Source: Pelagomonas calceolata (taxonomy: Eukaryota). From it: a stretch of 64,000 bases of DNA. Location: NCBI GenBank assembly GCA_918797485.1, contig CAKKNE010000001.1, forward strand, positions 744,001 through 808,000. The letters run 5' to 3'. This document shows, in pieces, positions 52,187 to 61,100 of the stretch. Position numbers and translations under genes: made by a program. The number at the start of each line of letters is the position of its first letter. The first letter of the stretch is position 1. The notes under the pieces were generated by a model. It was not told where the DNA came from and did no database searches. It worked only from the letters and a program-made list of their open reading frames with translations.

Positions 52187-53098
52187 ATGACGCAGGTGAC
52201 CCGGGCTGCCCGGCGACTCACTAGAGAGGAGGAGCATGAATTCCTGCCATATAATGACCCTTCGCTCCCCGGTTTGTTGAATCAGAGGCCGCTCACGCCT
52301 GCTGTGCACGCATGGCTTCAGACGTACCACGTCGACGACTACTATGGGCGCGACGGCGCCGGGACACTGCTTTCGTTCATCGTCCACGGCGAGATGTATA
52401 CTAGTGCCGCCGCCATCCCGAAGGCAGAGCTCGTCTCGTTAGCCCGCGACCTGCTAGCCCGGGGGGCGGACCCAAATGCAGGTAAGAACGGCGCAATTCT
52501 GATAGAGGCATGCACTGGCCTCGCCCCAGATGTTATGGTCCCCCTGCTTTGTGAGGCGGGGGCCGACCCTAACACGACGAAGGACCACAAAGGTCGTACT
52601 GCACTAGCGTTCGTGCTGCGGGAGGTATTAAAAGCGCAAATTTCCTGCGGCGTCACGGCGCCAGTTGGTATGAAGACACACTGGTCAGAGCTCGACACAC
52701 TTGAACTGGTCAGAGCTTTGCTGCGCAGCGGCGCCCAGTTGGACGCGATCGAGAACTCCGGTGACTCAAGCCTGGAGTACCCCTTCGTAGACGACCAGGG
52801 CCGCTTCGTCCGAGGCCCGCTGTCGGCCGAATCAATCCTGCGCAGCTACGATATTTACATTCCCTACGAACATACGAATACGAGTCAACTCCCCGAGATC
52901 AAGCGTCTGGTCGCCGGCGTCCGCGCGGCCAAAGGGTCCTACGCGCGCTACGTGAAAAAGGAGCTCCTGGTCCTTCGCGCGCTCGTGCGGAAGCGCCGCG
53001 CGACGATCGCCGACGACAACCAACGAACGGCCTTCGACATACTGGCCCGGAGCCCCGACGAGATTGCCTGGCGCATCCTGGGGTTCAAGCGCTGGTAG
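52187..53098 (+). CDS. Ankyrin-like family protein with C-terminal F-box-like motif (paralog of 30612)
   Basis: LARDLLARGADPN, GRTALAFVL, GVRAAKGSYARY.KKE.LVL.ALVRK, and ILARSPDEIAWRILGF. Confidence 0.82.
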   Translation: MTQVTRAARRLTREEEHEFLPYNDPSLPGLLNQRPLTPAVHAWLQTYHVDDYYGRDGAGTLLSFIVHGEMYTSAAAIPKAELVSLARDLLARGADPNAGKNGAILIEACTGLAPDVMVPLLCEAGADPNTTKDHKGRTALAFVLREVLKAQISCGVTAPVGMKTHWSELDTLELVRALLRSGAQLDAIENSGDSSLEYPFVDDQGRFVRGPLSAESILRSYDIYIPYEHTNTSQLPEIKRLVAGVRAAKGSYARYVKKELLVLRALVRKRRATIADDNQRTAFDILARSPDEIAWRILGFKRW

Positions 53099-53110
53099 TT
53101 GCCTTCCCAG

Positions 53111-53330
53111 ATCGCTCGTCGTCCGCGACTGAGCCAATTCCGCACTGCTCTTCGTGAGCCATACCGCACTGCTCTTCGTGAGCCATCCGCACATCCGCAC
53201 ATCCGCAAAGCTCGTACTGAGCCATCCGCATCGCTCTTCGTGAGCCAAACCGCAAAGCTTGTACCGAGCACATCTGTAAAGTTTGTACTCGTACTGAGCC
53301 ACACCGCACCGCTCTCCGTGATCCAAATCC
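53111..53330. repeat. Composite minisatellite, about 8 units of about 24 bp
   Basis: Units TGAGCCA(n)CCGCA followed by either ..GCTCTTCG or AAGCTYGTAC. Confidence 0.85.
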
Positions 53331-53739
53331 CCTCCCCACGCGTCCTAAATTGAACTTGGATGAGCATTGTAGTCTGGGTGTCACTCCCGAGTCGCGCGCG
53401 CGCCGGTCTACCACTGGTAACTAACAGCGAGAAGAACGCCCGGTCCTTTTCTTTCTCGTGTATACCGTTCCCCTCTCTATTATCGATGCGTCCGCCCAGA
53501 GTTGTATAGCGTACATAGACGCACTTAGCTTCAGCTTGGTCAGCCTGATGCTAAGCTGATGCACGGCCACTGAGCGCCCTGAACTACACTATACGCGACC
53601 TCATTTATCGCTACACGTTGCTGCGGCTGCCAGAACAGCAGCACTGCGACGTGTGCTGCACATTAATTGCATTTGCAGGCAGTGGCAAGCCCAGCAGTGG
53701 CTGAACGCTGTGCAACAGGCCCTGCTCAGCAATCACGCT

Positions 53740-53804
53740 ACGAAAGGCGATGCATTTATTGCAACGGAGCACCGCACGACGAAAGGCGATGCATATATTG
53801 CAAC
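53740..53804. repeat. Tandem duplication (39-bp period) that duplicates the start codon
   Basis: ACGAAAGGCGATGCATWTATTGCAAC at 53740-53765 and 53779-53804. Confidence 0.9.
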
Positions 53805-55157
53805 TCGTGAGCCTGGCACTGCTGCAGCACGCCGCAGCGTTGCAGCTGCCTTGCTCGCCGCGGAGAATTGGCCCGCTCGCCGCCTCACCCGTCTGCGAAT
53901 TGCAAGACGACGGTCCAGAGCTTGACACCAACGCCGCAGCAACACTACAAAGAGCGGGCCTGAACACGCCGGCTGCGGACGCGCTCGTGTTACGAGGGAT
54001 TGATTTCGAGGACGACGGCGACACGCTCGAAGCACTAGAAGCCTACGAGGGCGCCGTCGAATTGGACCCGAATCACCCCGATGCGCTGTTCCGGCTTGGC
54101 GCACTCAATGTGCAGTTCGGCCTTACGGAAGACGCACGAGACCTATTCCATCGTGCGTTGGATGCGGACCCGGACCACTCCGCGGCGGCGGCGTGCCTGC
54201 ACCTTCTACAAGACGTCGACGCGACCGAGCTCGACGCGCAGCACGCGGCGTCGATCGAGGCCGCGCGTGCCGAGGACGACGCCGTCGAGGAAGAGGTGGA
54301 CCTCGTGCCCGTCGACGTCGCGCGACGGACGGCCGTCAAGCGGATCCCGCGCTTCCTGACCGATGCAGAAATCGACGAATTGACAGCGACGGCCACGGCC
54401 GTCGAGGCCGACGTCGGAGCGGTGCAGCGCCCGACGCGCGGCGGCGGCTGGTCTACGGTCTACCTCAACGCGGAACTGGGACGGCGGCTGCCGTGGTTAC
54501 GGGAGCGGGTCTTCGCCGCGGCGTCCGAGGCGGATCAGGAATTGTGGGGCGGTATACTAGAGGGCAAGGCCGTGAACCTGCGCTGCGCCGAGTATCACAC
54601 GGTAACGCCGCCCGGGAACCTAGCCTTCGAACGGCACTACGACCACGGGTCCCTGATTACCATAGACATCATGCTCTCGGACGCGACGGCCTTCGACGGC
54701 GGCGCCTTCGCGACGTCGGAGCCGGGCGACTACATGCTTCAACATCCGTTCGAGAAAGGGGACCTGCTCCTCTTCCTGAGCCACAAGTACCACTGCGTCT
54801 CACCTGTTGAGAGTGGTACTAGGAACGTGTCTGCCTGTGTGGAAATCAACCAGTGTGTCGGGTGCATCATCACGTGGCCGCGCTGGCTCCGTCGAGCGGC
54901 GAGGAACCTGCATCGCCACGCCATCGAGCAGGTGTCGCGTCGATGGCGTGGTGGTCGACGCGGCGATTCAGGACGAACGCGCCGAAAATTTGATTTCCAC
55001 ACAGGTACTCGTCGCCGAGTTGTGGGAGGGCGACGAGCGCGAACCCGCGGACGGGCGGTGCGACCAGCGGTACGGTGCACGCGCGCCCGACGCACCCACG
55101 GTCGACCGAAGAGATCAACCCTCCGGGCAGGACGTTTTCTCCGGATTGAATTCATAA
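53789..55157 (+). CDS. TPR plus 2OG-Fe(II) oxygenase protein with signal peptide; 2 exons (53789-54826, 55005-55157)
   Basis: TPR (AL.AY..A.ELDP.HPDA.F.LG), HYD.GSLITIDIML, F.GG.F, KGD.L.F.SHKYHCV.PV.SG.RN|VLV.ELW. Intron 54827-55004. Confidence 0.88.
54835..55004. mobile_element. Introner element with perfect 15-bp TIR
   Basis: CTGTGTGGAAATCAA ... TTGATTTCCACACAG. The 8 nt between the GT donor and the TIR (GTGTCTGC vs downstream GTACTCGT) are a decayed TSD. Internal 12-bp hairpin at 54916-54951. Confidence 0.9.
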
Positions 55158-55167
55158 CATGTGTACT

Positions 55168-55860
55168 TTAACACCGATCCCCGGTGGGCTCCTCGTCCGC
55201 AGCGTGGAGCCGCAGCGTCTCGAGCGAGTCCCTCAAACTCATAATGCGCGTCACGTCCGTGGCGCGGTCGGAGCGCGCCTTCCGGAAGCGCTCGCGCCGC
55301 AGGCTGCGCTGCGACTGCGTCGTGCCCGGGCTGCGCCGCGGGTCCTCGTCCGCGTCCCTCTCCAACTGGCGGAGCCGCCGCCGCGCGTTGTCCGCGTCGC
55401 GGGCGCTCCCGTCGCGCCGCGCCTTGAGCGCCGCCTCCAACCGCACGATCTCCCGATCTCGATCGGCGATGGTCCGCCGCGCATCGTCCAATTGCCGCTG
55501 CTTCGCCGACAAACGCTGCAAGAGCTCCGCCCGCGGCGCGTGACAGCATTCGTCGAGGTGCGCATTGAGTTTATCAAGCGCTCCCGTCCAGTCGCAGTCG
55601 CAGTGGTCGCACCGCACTTCCAGGTCGTCGATCAAACCGACGATGGCCCGCGGCGCCCGTTTGACCGCCTCAGGTTCCGTGACCGCCTGGCACACGGGGC
55701 ACGTCGCCTTGCGGCAGAGCCACGCCAATAGACAATCCTCGCAGAAGAGGTGCTCGCAGGCCGTCTGCACCGGTCTCTCGAGCACACCGTGGCAGATGGA
55801 GCAGAGGAGGTGGCGGCTGATGGCCGCCGCATCAACAAAAAGCTCGGCGTCGCGGCCCAT
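55168..55860 (-). CDS. RING finger (TRAF/RNF41-like) plus coiled-coil protein
   Basis: CSICHGVLERPV...CEHLFC..C...W......CPVC, then L.VRC..C.W.G....L..H...C. Confidence 0.88.
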   Translation of the reverse strand: MGRDAELFVDAAAISRHLLCSICHGVLERPVQTACEHLFCEDCLLAWLCRKATCPVCQAVTEPEAVKRAPRAIVGLIDDLEVRCDHCDCDWTGALDKLNAHLDECCHAPRAELLQRLSAKQRQLDDARRTIADRDREIVRLEAALKARRDGSARDADNARRRLRQLERDADEDPRRSPGTTQSQRSLRRERFRKARSDRATDVTRIMSLRDSLETLRLHAADEEPTGDRC

Positions 55861-56202
55861 AGTTTTTCCTCGTGGTGGCGCGGCGGCGACGGCGTAAGCG
55901 CGTCGCGGTCGTCCCCGGTTCGCGTGCCTTGTTGCGGTCGTCCCCGATTAGCACACCTTGGTCCTTGGCAGGTGGAGCTGTGTGTTGGCCAGGGGGGGCC
56001 GCAGGGCTGCCCGAGGGCGCGCGTTCGCGACGGTGGAGCCCGTATGCTACTCGGCGGACCGGGAATCGATGGCGCAGCCCGGGGTTGGGCCCCGGATTAT
56101 GCACGGCACGCCGCGACTGCCCGCGTTCGGCGCCGGCCGCTGTGCTGCCCCGCACGCAAAAGTCAGACGGTCGACGGATGTGTCAAAGACACGAAAGTAT
56201 AC

Positions 56203-57525
56203 TTAGGAAAGGCGGTGCGCGACGCGCCACCGCCGCCGCGCGGCGCAGGACGGCTGGCGCTTCTTTTGTGGAGGCGCGGGCTTCTTCGGTGGAATAACAC
56301 GACGCTCGTCGGCCCACGTCAGAAACGCCGCGTCGTCATCATGTGATGGCGGCGCCTTCCGGGCCGCGGCGCGCATGCGGATCATCCGCGCGAACCGCCT
56401 CACGACGGGCGGGCTCGTCGGCGCCTTCTTGTAGCGATTTAAAGGCCGCGACCGCACGACGCGGACGGGAGACGACGGCTGGGCGGGCGGCCGCCGTACC
56501 ACCCGTCGCTGCGGTGGTTGAGGGATTTGTAGAGGTGGTGCCGGCGGCATGTGCGCGGCGCACGACGCGTCCAGGAACTTGAACACGCTGTCCACACACT
56601 GATTGGGTACGGCCTTGTGGTCGCGCGTGCCCGCGGAACGGATACAGCCGCTCTTGTCGCGCGACCAGGGTCTAGGTGAAGGGTCGTCCAGTGGCTTCTG
56701 CGACGCGCACCAATGTATTGTGCAGAGCGGCGGCAGGGCGCCTTTATGGGTCGAGTCCAACAACGCCAAGGCACACGGCATTGATTGTCGCTTTTTATGG
56801 GCCCTTCGACAGCGCTGGACGACCGCCGCACCGCCGAGCGAATGCGCGGCCACCACAACGCGCCCGTCGCCCGAGCACCTCGTCGCCGCGTCATACGCTT
56901 TTTCTAGTTCTTCGGCGTCCTTCTTTTGTGAACCTGTCATCGACGGCGCGCACACAATGCCCCAGCCTCGCGTCAGTGCTCTCCGACAATATGTCTCGAG
57001 CGGATATTGGAGAGTAGACCAGACCCCAACCCCATCGAAGCCGCCGCCCGGCACCAGTAACAAACAGGGCGCCGCGTGCCTCGTCGCGCCGCGGCTCAGC
57101 ACCCTCTCATTATATTCCAGCCCCAAGTCCTCGAGCGCCCGTCGCGGCGCTCCCTTCGCGCCGTCCTCCGCCTTCGTTTTGACAGGAGCTTCTTTCGGAG
57201 CTCGGAACGTCTTCGTCGGGTCCAAGACCTCGACCGAGGGCTCCTTAATTAATTCGTTGCACAAAGGGCACCGCCGGCGGTCCGGCGGCAAACCCCGTAA
57301 CATCTCGTCGCACTCCACACACACGCAGCTGTGGCCGCAGCCCACGAAGCGCACCGAACGAGGCGCATCGAGACAAATCTTGCACTCGCGGCGCTCGTCC
57401 TCCTTCGCTGTTGTTTCAGGCTTGCTGATGATGAGGGGCAGCGCCGTGCGCTCGTTGTGCGGCGCGAGCGGCGTGCGCCGCGGCGGCGGCGCCGGCGCCG
57501 CGGCGGCGACGGGCTCGAGGAGCAT
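56203..57525 (-). CDS. RING finger fused to an Arb2/FAM172-like alpha/beta-hydrolase-fold domain
   Basis: CKIC......F..CGH...C..C...CPLC, then LLVPGGG....GVW, RA...GWGIV, AHSLGG, ALLDSTH, HW.AS..PLD, SAGT.DH and SVFKFL. Confidence 0.78.
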   Translation of the reverse strand: MLLEPVAAAAPAPPPRRTPLAPHNERTALPLIISKPETTAKEDERRECKICLDAPRSVRFVGCGHSCVCVECDEMLRGLPPDRRRCPLCNELIKEPSVEVLDPTKTFRAPKEAPVKTKAEDGAKGAPRRALEDLGLEYNERVLSRGATRHAAPCLLLVPGGGFDGVGVWSTLQYPLETYCRRALTRGWGIVCAPSMTGSQKKDAEELEKAYDAATRCSGDGRVVVAAHSLGGAAVVQRCRRAHKKRQSMPCALALLDSTHKGALPPLCTIHWCASQKPLDDPSPRPWSRDKSGCIRSAGTRDHKAVPNQCVDSVFKFLDASCAAHMPPAPPLQIPQPPQRRVVRRPPAQPSSPVRVVRSRPLNRYKKAPTSPPVVRRFARMIRMRAAARKAPPSHDDDAAFLTWADERRVIPPKKPAPPQKKRQPSCAARRRWRVAHRLS

Positions 57526-57676
57526 CGTCGCGTCGCTTGGCGTCGATGGCGTCGAGTGCGGCCAAACTCCAACGACGCTAGTGGGGCAGCGCCTAGCCGC
57601 ACGGGCGTGGAGGCTCGATGGGGCAGGCGTTTGTTTGGATCGCTCCCCTCGCGCGCAGGAGGGATTGGAGTGCGTG

Positions 57677-57694
57677 GCTAGTGTGTCTATCTAG
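57677..57694 (-). promoter_or_regulatory. Short-spacer bipartite CTAG element in divergent promoter
   Basis: Reverse complement reads CTAGaTAGACACACTAGC. Confidence 0.5.
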
Positions 57695-57982
57695 GTGCCT
57701 TTGTCAGCTTTTAAAGTCACCTGCCATTTCACACGCGATAGGCGGGCCGTTGCATCCCCGACGCAGCGAAGCAACTCTTCGACTACCCTACTCATCGGTG
57801 AATCGGCTCTTGCATCGTCGCAGCGGTTGAGCTAAGGACAAACGCGGCAGCGTTTCTCAGCTGCATCTGCCCGCGCGCGCGACGATCGCAACCGCGTTAA
57901 AGCATCAGAGCAGTGCATCAAGGCTGTAAGCATCGCTTGAGCCGCTAAAATCCACCGAAACGCTATATACACCGAAACCGAA

Positions 57983-59920
57983 ATGGCGGACGCCGACAGC
58001 CCGAGCCGCAGCAATAGAATGAAGAGCGCGCCGAGCCACCTCTCCGATTTTACCTGCAGCGAGACGACGGGAAGCAACGACACGTCGCCGTCGGAGCCCA
58101 AACCCAAGCGCGCGCGGCCGGATACCAGTGGAGACGCGGCCCTCGCGCGGCGCCTGGCGCGGGAGGGCGCGCGGCCGCGGAAGCCCGTGACCTCGTTCGC
58201 GACGCTCGTGGACAACGGCCGGAGCTACATTGGTGAAGACGACGAGGACGACGATGATGTAGAGCCGGCGCCGCCACCAGCACCCGTGGAAGAGGCGCAC
58301 CCGTTGCTGCCCTGGCCCGGGCCGCTGGGCGATGATAGAAGAGCGGCTCAGGCTCCGAAGAAACCGGTGAACGCCGGCGCCGCGTCACTAGGAAGGGCAG
58401 CTAGAGCCGCGCGCGACGCTCTGTCCAAGGGCGCGGCCGAGTTCCTGCTGGATGCGACGCGCGTCCAGAGCGCCAAGGACCAATTTCGGAGTCTGGAGAA
58501 GGCATCACAAGCTTATCTGGAGGCCGACGAGCCGGAACTGAAACATTGTAGAAGTGTAGAAAAGGCCCTGGAGCGTTTGCACGAGACCTGGGGCGGCTGC
58601 GACCCCGACGACCAGTTGCGGAGTCTCGCTGCACGAAGTGCCGTGAAGCGCGGAGATGATCGAGGGTTCCTGGATAGGTGCAAAGTAAGACGGTGTGCCC
58701 ACCTGCCCGGACAGTATGAAGTGATAGCAACCCAGTTAATACAGCGGGGCGAGTCCATGCCCTACCCTGGTACGATCGTCCTGAACGACCAGCAAGCATC
58801 TTCACTTTTACAGGGAGGACGGCCCTTCGATAATCGGCGGTGGCGGACGTACACGTACGCGTTCAAAGAAAGTAGTGTGGAGCTGTGGCCCCACATCGAT
58901 CCTACCAAAGGCCCGCCGACGCCCTTCGTGAACGACGCGATCGGGCCCGATAGGGACAACTGGTTCGAGCACCGGCTGAAGCGGAACGTCGAGTACGTCG
59001 AGATAAGGGACGGCCCGCCGTCGTCGTGGCGCATCCGCATGAAGGCCACGCGTCGTATAGTGCCCGGCGAGGTCATCCTGGCCGATTACGGCGACGCGTA
59101 CTGGTCGGCTTGGACCGAGGCGAATTCGCATTCTTATGTTATTTTCAGGGAGGCCGTGCGGCGGATTTTTGGGATCCATTGCCGGGGCTCTAGATGTCGG
59201 TCAGCTTTATGGTGCGACGCGGCGTTTCGGTTGGCGCGTCACGGAAAGCTGTCGACGCCCCACTACTTCGATGGGCGGCGGACGTTCTGGAGGGAAGCTG
59301 CCGTCGACTGGCGCTCGTTAATGGGTTCGAGTGTCGCGCTACCTCTCGGTTTAGGTTATGAGGCCTCGTCGGGTATCTGTACTTCGCTGATCGTGCATGC
59401 GCCTTATCGAGACGAAGCGCTCGAGAAAGTCCGAAACTCATTAGTGGGAGGGAAGAAGCTCACGGCGCGGCGACGGCGGGACACGAACGATATTGTGTTG
59501 GAGGCGGCCTGGCCCGACGACGGCTTACCCTATAAAGTGGCGGAGACGCGTCCGCGGAAGGACGGGAGGGTCGACGTGGTCTTCGCGGACGGCGCGCCGG
59601 CGACGGTCGACCGCGTCGTGCCACGCTTAACACCGGACCAGTGGCGGGCCCTACCGCGGTTGCCGGACGGCGCCTGGTGCCGGCCGCTGGCCTGGGAGCC
59701 CAAATCCCACTGGGGATTAGTAGTGGGCGCCTCGTTGACGGATGGCCTCTACACGTACGACGTGCTCATGGACGGCGAGACGAAGTCGGTAAGGGTGCCC
59801 GACGGCGCGCTCGAGCCTATTTTACTCGTACGGGGCTCGGACGGCGGCACGGAGCGGCCGCCCGAAACTGCGACGTGGCAGCGCGCCTACGCGCCGCACT
59901 GGCTCGTGAGCGACGAGTAG
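57983..59920 (+). CDS. SET-domain protein
   Basis: VIAT..I.RGE...YPG, FVND, NVEY, and ATRRI.PGE.ILADYG..YW. Confidence 0.82.
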   Translation: MADADSPSRSNRMKSAPSHLSDFTCSETTGSNDTSPSEPKPKRARPDTSGDAALARRLAREGARPRKPVTSFATLVDNGRSYIGEDDEDDDDVEPAPPPAPVEEAHPLLPWPGPLGDDRRAAQAPKKPVNAGAASLGRAARAARDALSKGAAEFLLDATRVQSAKDQFRSLEKASQAYLEADEPELKHCRSVEKALERLHETWGGCDPDDQLRSLAARSAVKRGDDRGFLDRCKVRRCAHLPGQYEVIATQLIQRGESMPYPGTIVLNDQQASSLLQGGRPFDNRRWRTYTYAFKESSVELWPHIDPTKGPPTPFVNDAIGPDRDNWFEHRLKRNVEYVEIRDGPPSSWRIRMKATRRIVPGEVILADYGDAYWSAWTEANSHSYVIFREAVRRIFGIHCRGSRCRSALWCDAAFRLARHGKLSTPHYFDGRRTFWREAAVDWRSLMGSSVALPLGLGYEASSGICTSLIVHAPYRDEALEKVRNSLVGGKKLTARRRRDTNDIVLEAAWPDDGLPYKVAETRPRKDGRVDVVFADGAPATVDRVVPRLTPDQWRALPRLPDGAWCRPLAWEPKSHWGLVVGASLTDGLYTYDVLMDGETKSVRVPDGALEPILLVRGSDGGTERPPETATWQRAYAPHWLVSDE

Positions 59921-59957
59921 TTTTCGTCTTCTTGCTTGGGTATATTTAACAGCTAAT

Positions 59958-61100
59958 TTATACTACTGCGTCGGTAAAAATAACCCGATGACCCGCCTCG
60001 CGGGCGCGGAGCACGGTTCGCGCGTTTCGCAAATGATCATCTATCCCCGTCGTGGTCGGGTGCGCGCCACCGAGCACGCGCCGCGCGATCCGTTCCGTCT
60101 TCTCGAGCGTCGTCACGGCCTCGCGGAGATTGTCGAGCGTGGCGCCTTCGGCACTGTAGAGCGCCCTCGCGTAAGCCCAGCTCAACACGAGCGTGAGTTC
60201 ATGATTCTCTCCAAGAACACGACGTGCCACGCGCATCGGTTTGCGCAACAGTGCCTTGGCTTCTTCGAAGCGCTTTAGGCCACAAAGACCCCACGCATAG
60301 TTGTTGGCAGTTTCGAGGGTTGATTCATTTTCTTCGCCATGGAGCTTCAGACGTCCATAGTATACGTCTCGTCGCATGCGCAGGGACTCTTCCTTCCGTC
60401 CTAGGCATGAATACGTAAGTGCAAGATTGGTCTGCACGCCGAGAATGTTTTCTTCTGGTAGGCCAAGGCGTCGGTGAATAGCCAACTCGGCTTCTCGCAC
60501 AGGCAATGCGTCCTCGTGGTGGTCTACATCGGCTAAACCGTTCCCAAGCTGCATCATCGCGTCGCGCCGAGCCCAGTCCACCTCCGGCCGCCCCACGTAC
60601 GTCCGCCAGCACGCCCACCCGAGCGCGCACCGCACGACGCCGTGGTACTTTTGCTCACACAGGCTACATGTGTTCCACCGATGCCACTGTAAGTCGTCTG
60701 AATTGTTCTCCTCGGCCTCCGCGACCAAAATCTTCGCCTGCTCCGCCAGGCACGACACGTGCGCAACGCCCGACGTCCCGCGGCACGCGCACCCGCGCAC
60801 GAGACCCTCCTTCGTTTTCCAATGGAGCGCTTGTGTGCAGATGTAGCACGTCTGCCCCTTGGTGTCCTCCGCGCACGCCTCCGCCGCGACAGCGACGGCC
60901 TCCGTGCACTTCTGATTCGCACGAAACTGCTCGGCGCCGCCTGCTTTTTTAATTTTCTTGCAGAGCTTGTCGTGGCCGCCTTCTTTCCAATGCTGCACCT
61001 GGCATTCAGGCCCACAATAGCGCGTGCTGCAGCGGCCACATTTCTTGCCCAAGCTTAGCCCAAGCTCGGTGGCGCAGGCGGCGCACTGCGTGAGGACCAT
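59958..61100 (-). CDS. MYND zinc finger - RINGv - TPR protein
   Basis: CAAC...CGRC.TRYCG.ECQ..HW...H...C, then CYIC...LVRGCACRGT.G.AH.SCL...CSLC, then TPR_12-like repeats. Confidence 0.9.
   Translation of the reverse strand: MVLTQCAACATELGLSLGKKCGRCSTRYCGPECQVQHWKEGGHDKLCKKIKKAGGAEQFRANQKCTEAVAVAAEACAEDTKGQTCYICTQALHWKTKEGLVRGCACRGTSGVAHVSCLAEQAKILVAEAEENNSDDLQWHRWNTCSLCEQKYHGVVRCALGWACWRTYVGRPEVDWARRDAMMQLGNGLADVDHHEDALPVREAELAIHRRLGLPEENILGVQTNLALTYSCLGRKEESLRMRRDVYYGRLKLHGEENESTLETANNYAWGLCGLKRFEEAKALLRKPMRVARRVLGENHELTLVLSWAYARALYSAEGATLDNLREAVTTLEKTERIARRVLGGAHPTTTGIDDHLRNARTVLRAREAGHRVIFTDAVV

Noticed and set aside
53111..53330. Possible CRISPR array
   Set aside because: The inter-repeat sequences are short and recur instead of being unique, there are no cas genes, and the context is eukaryotic.
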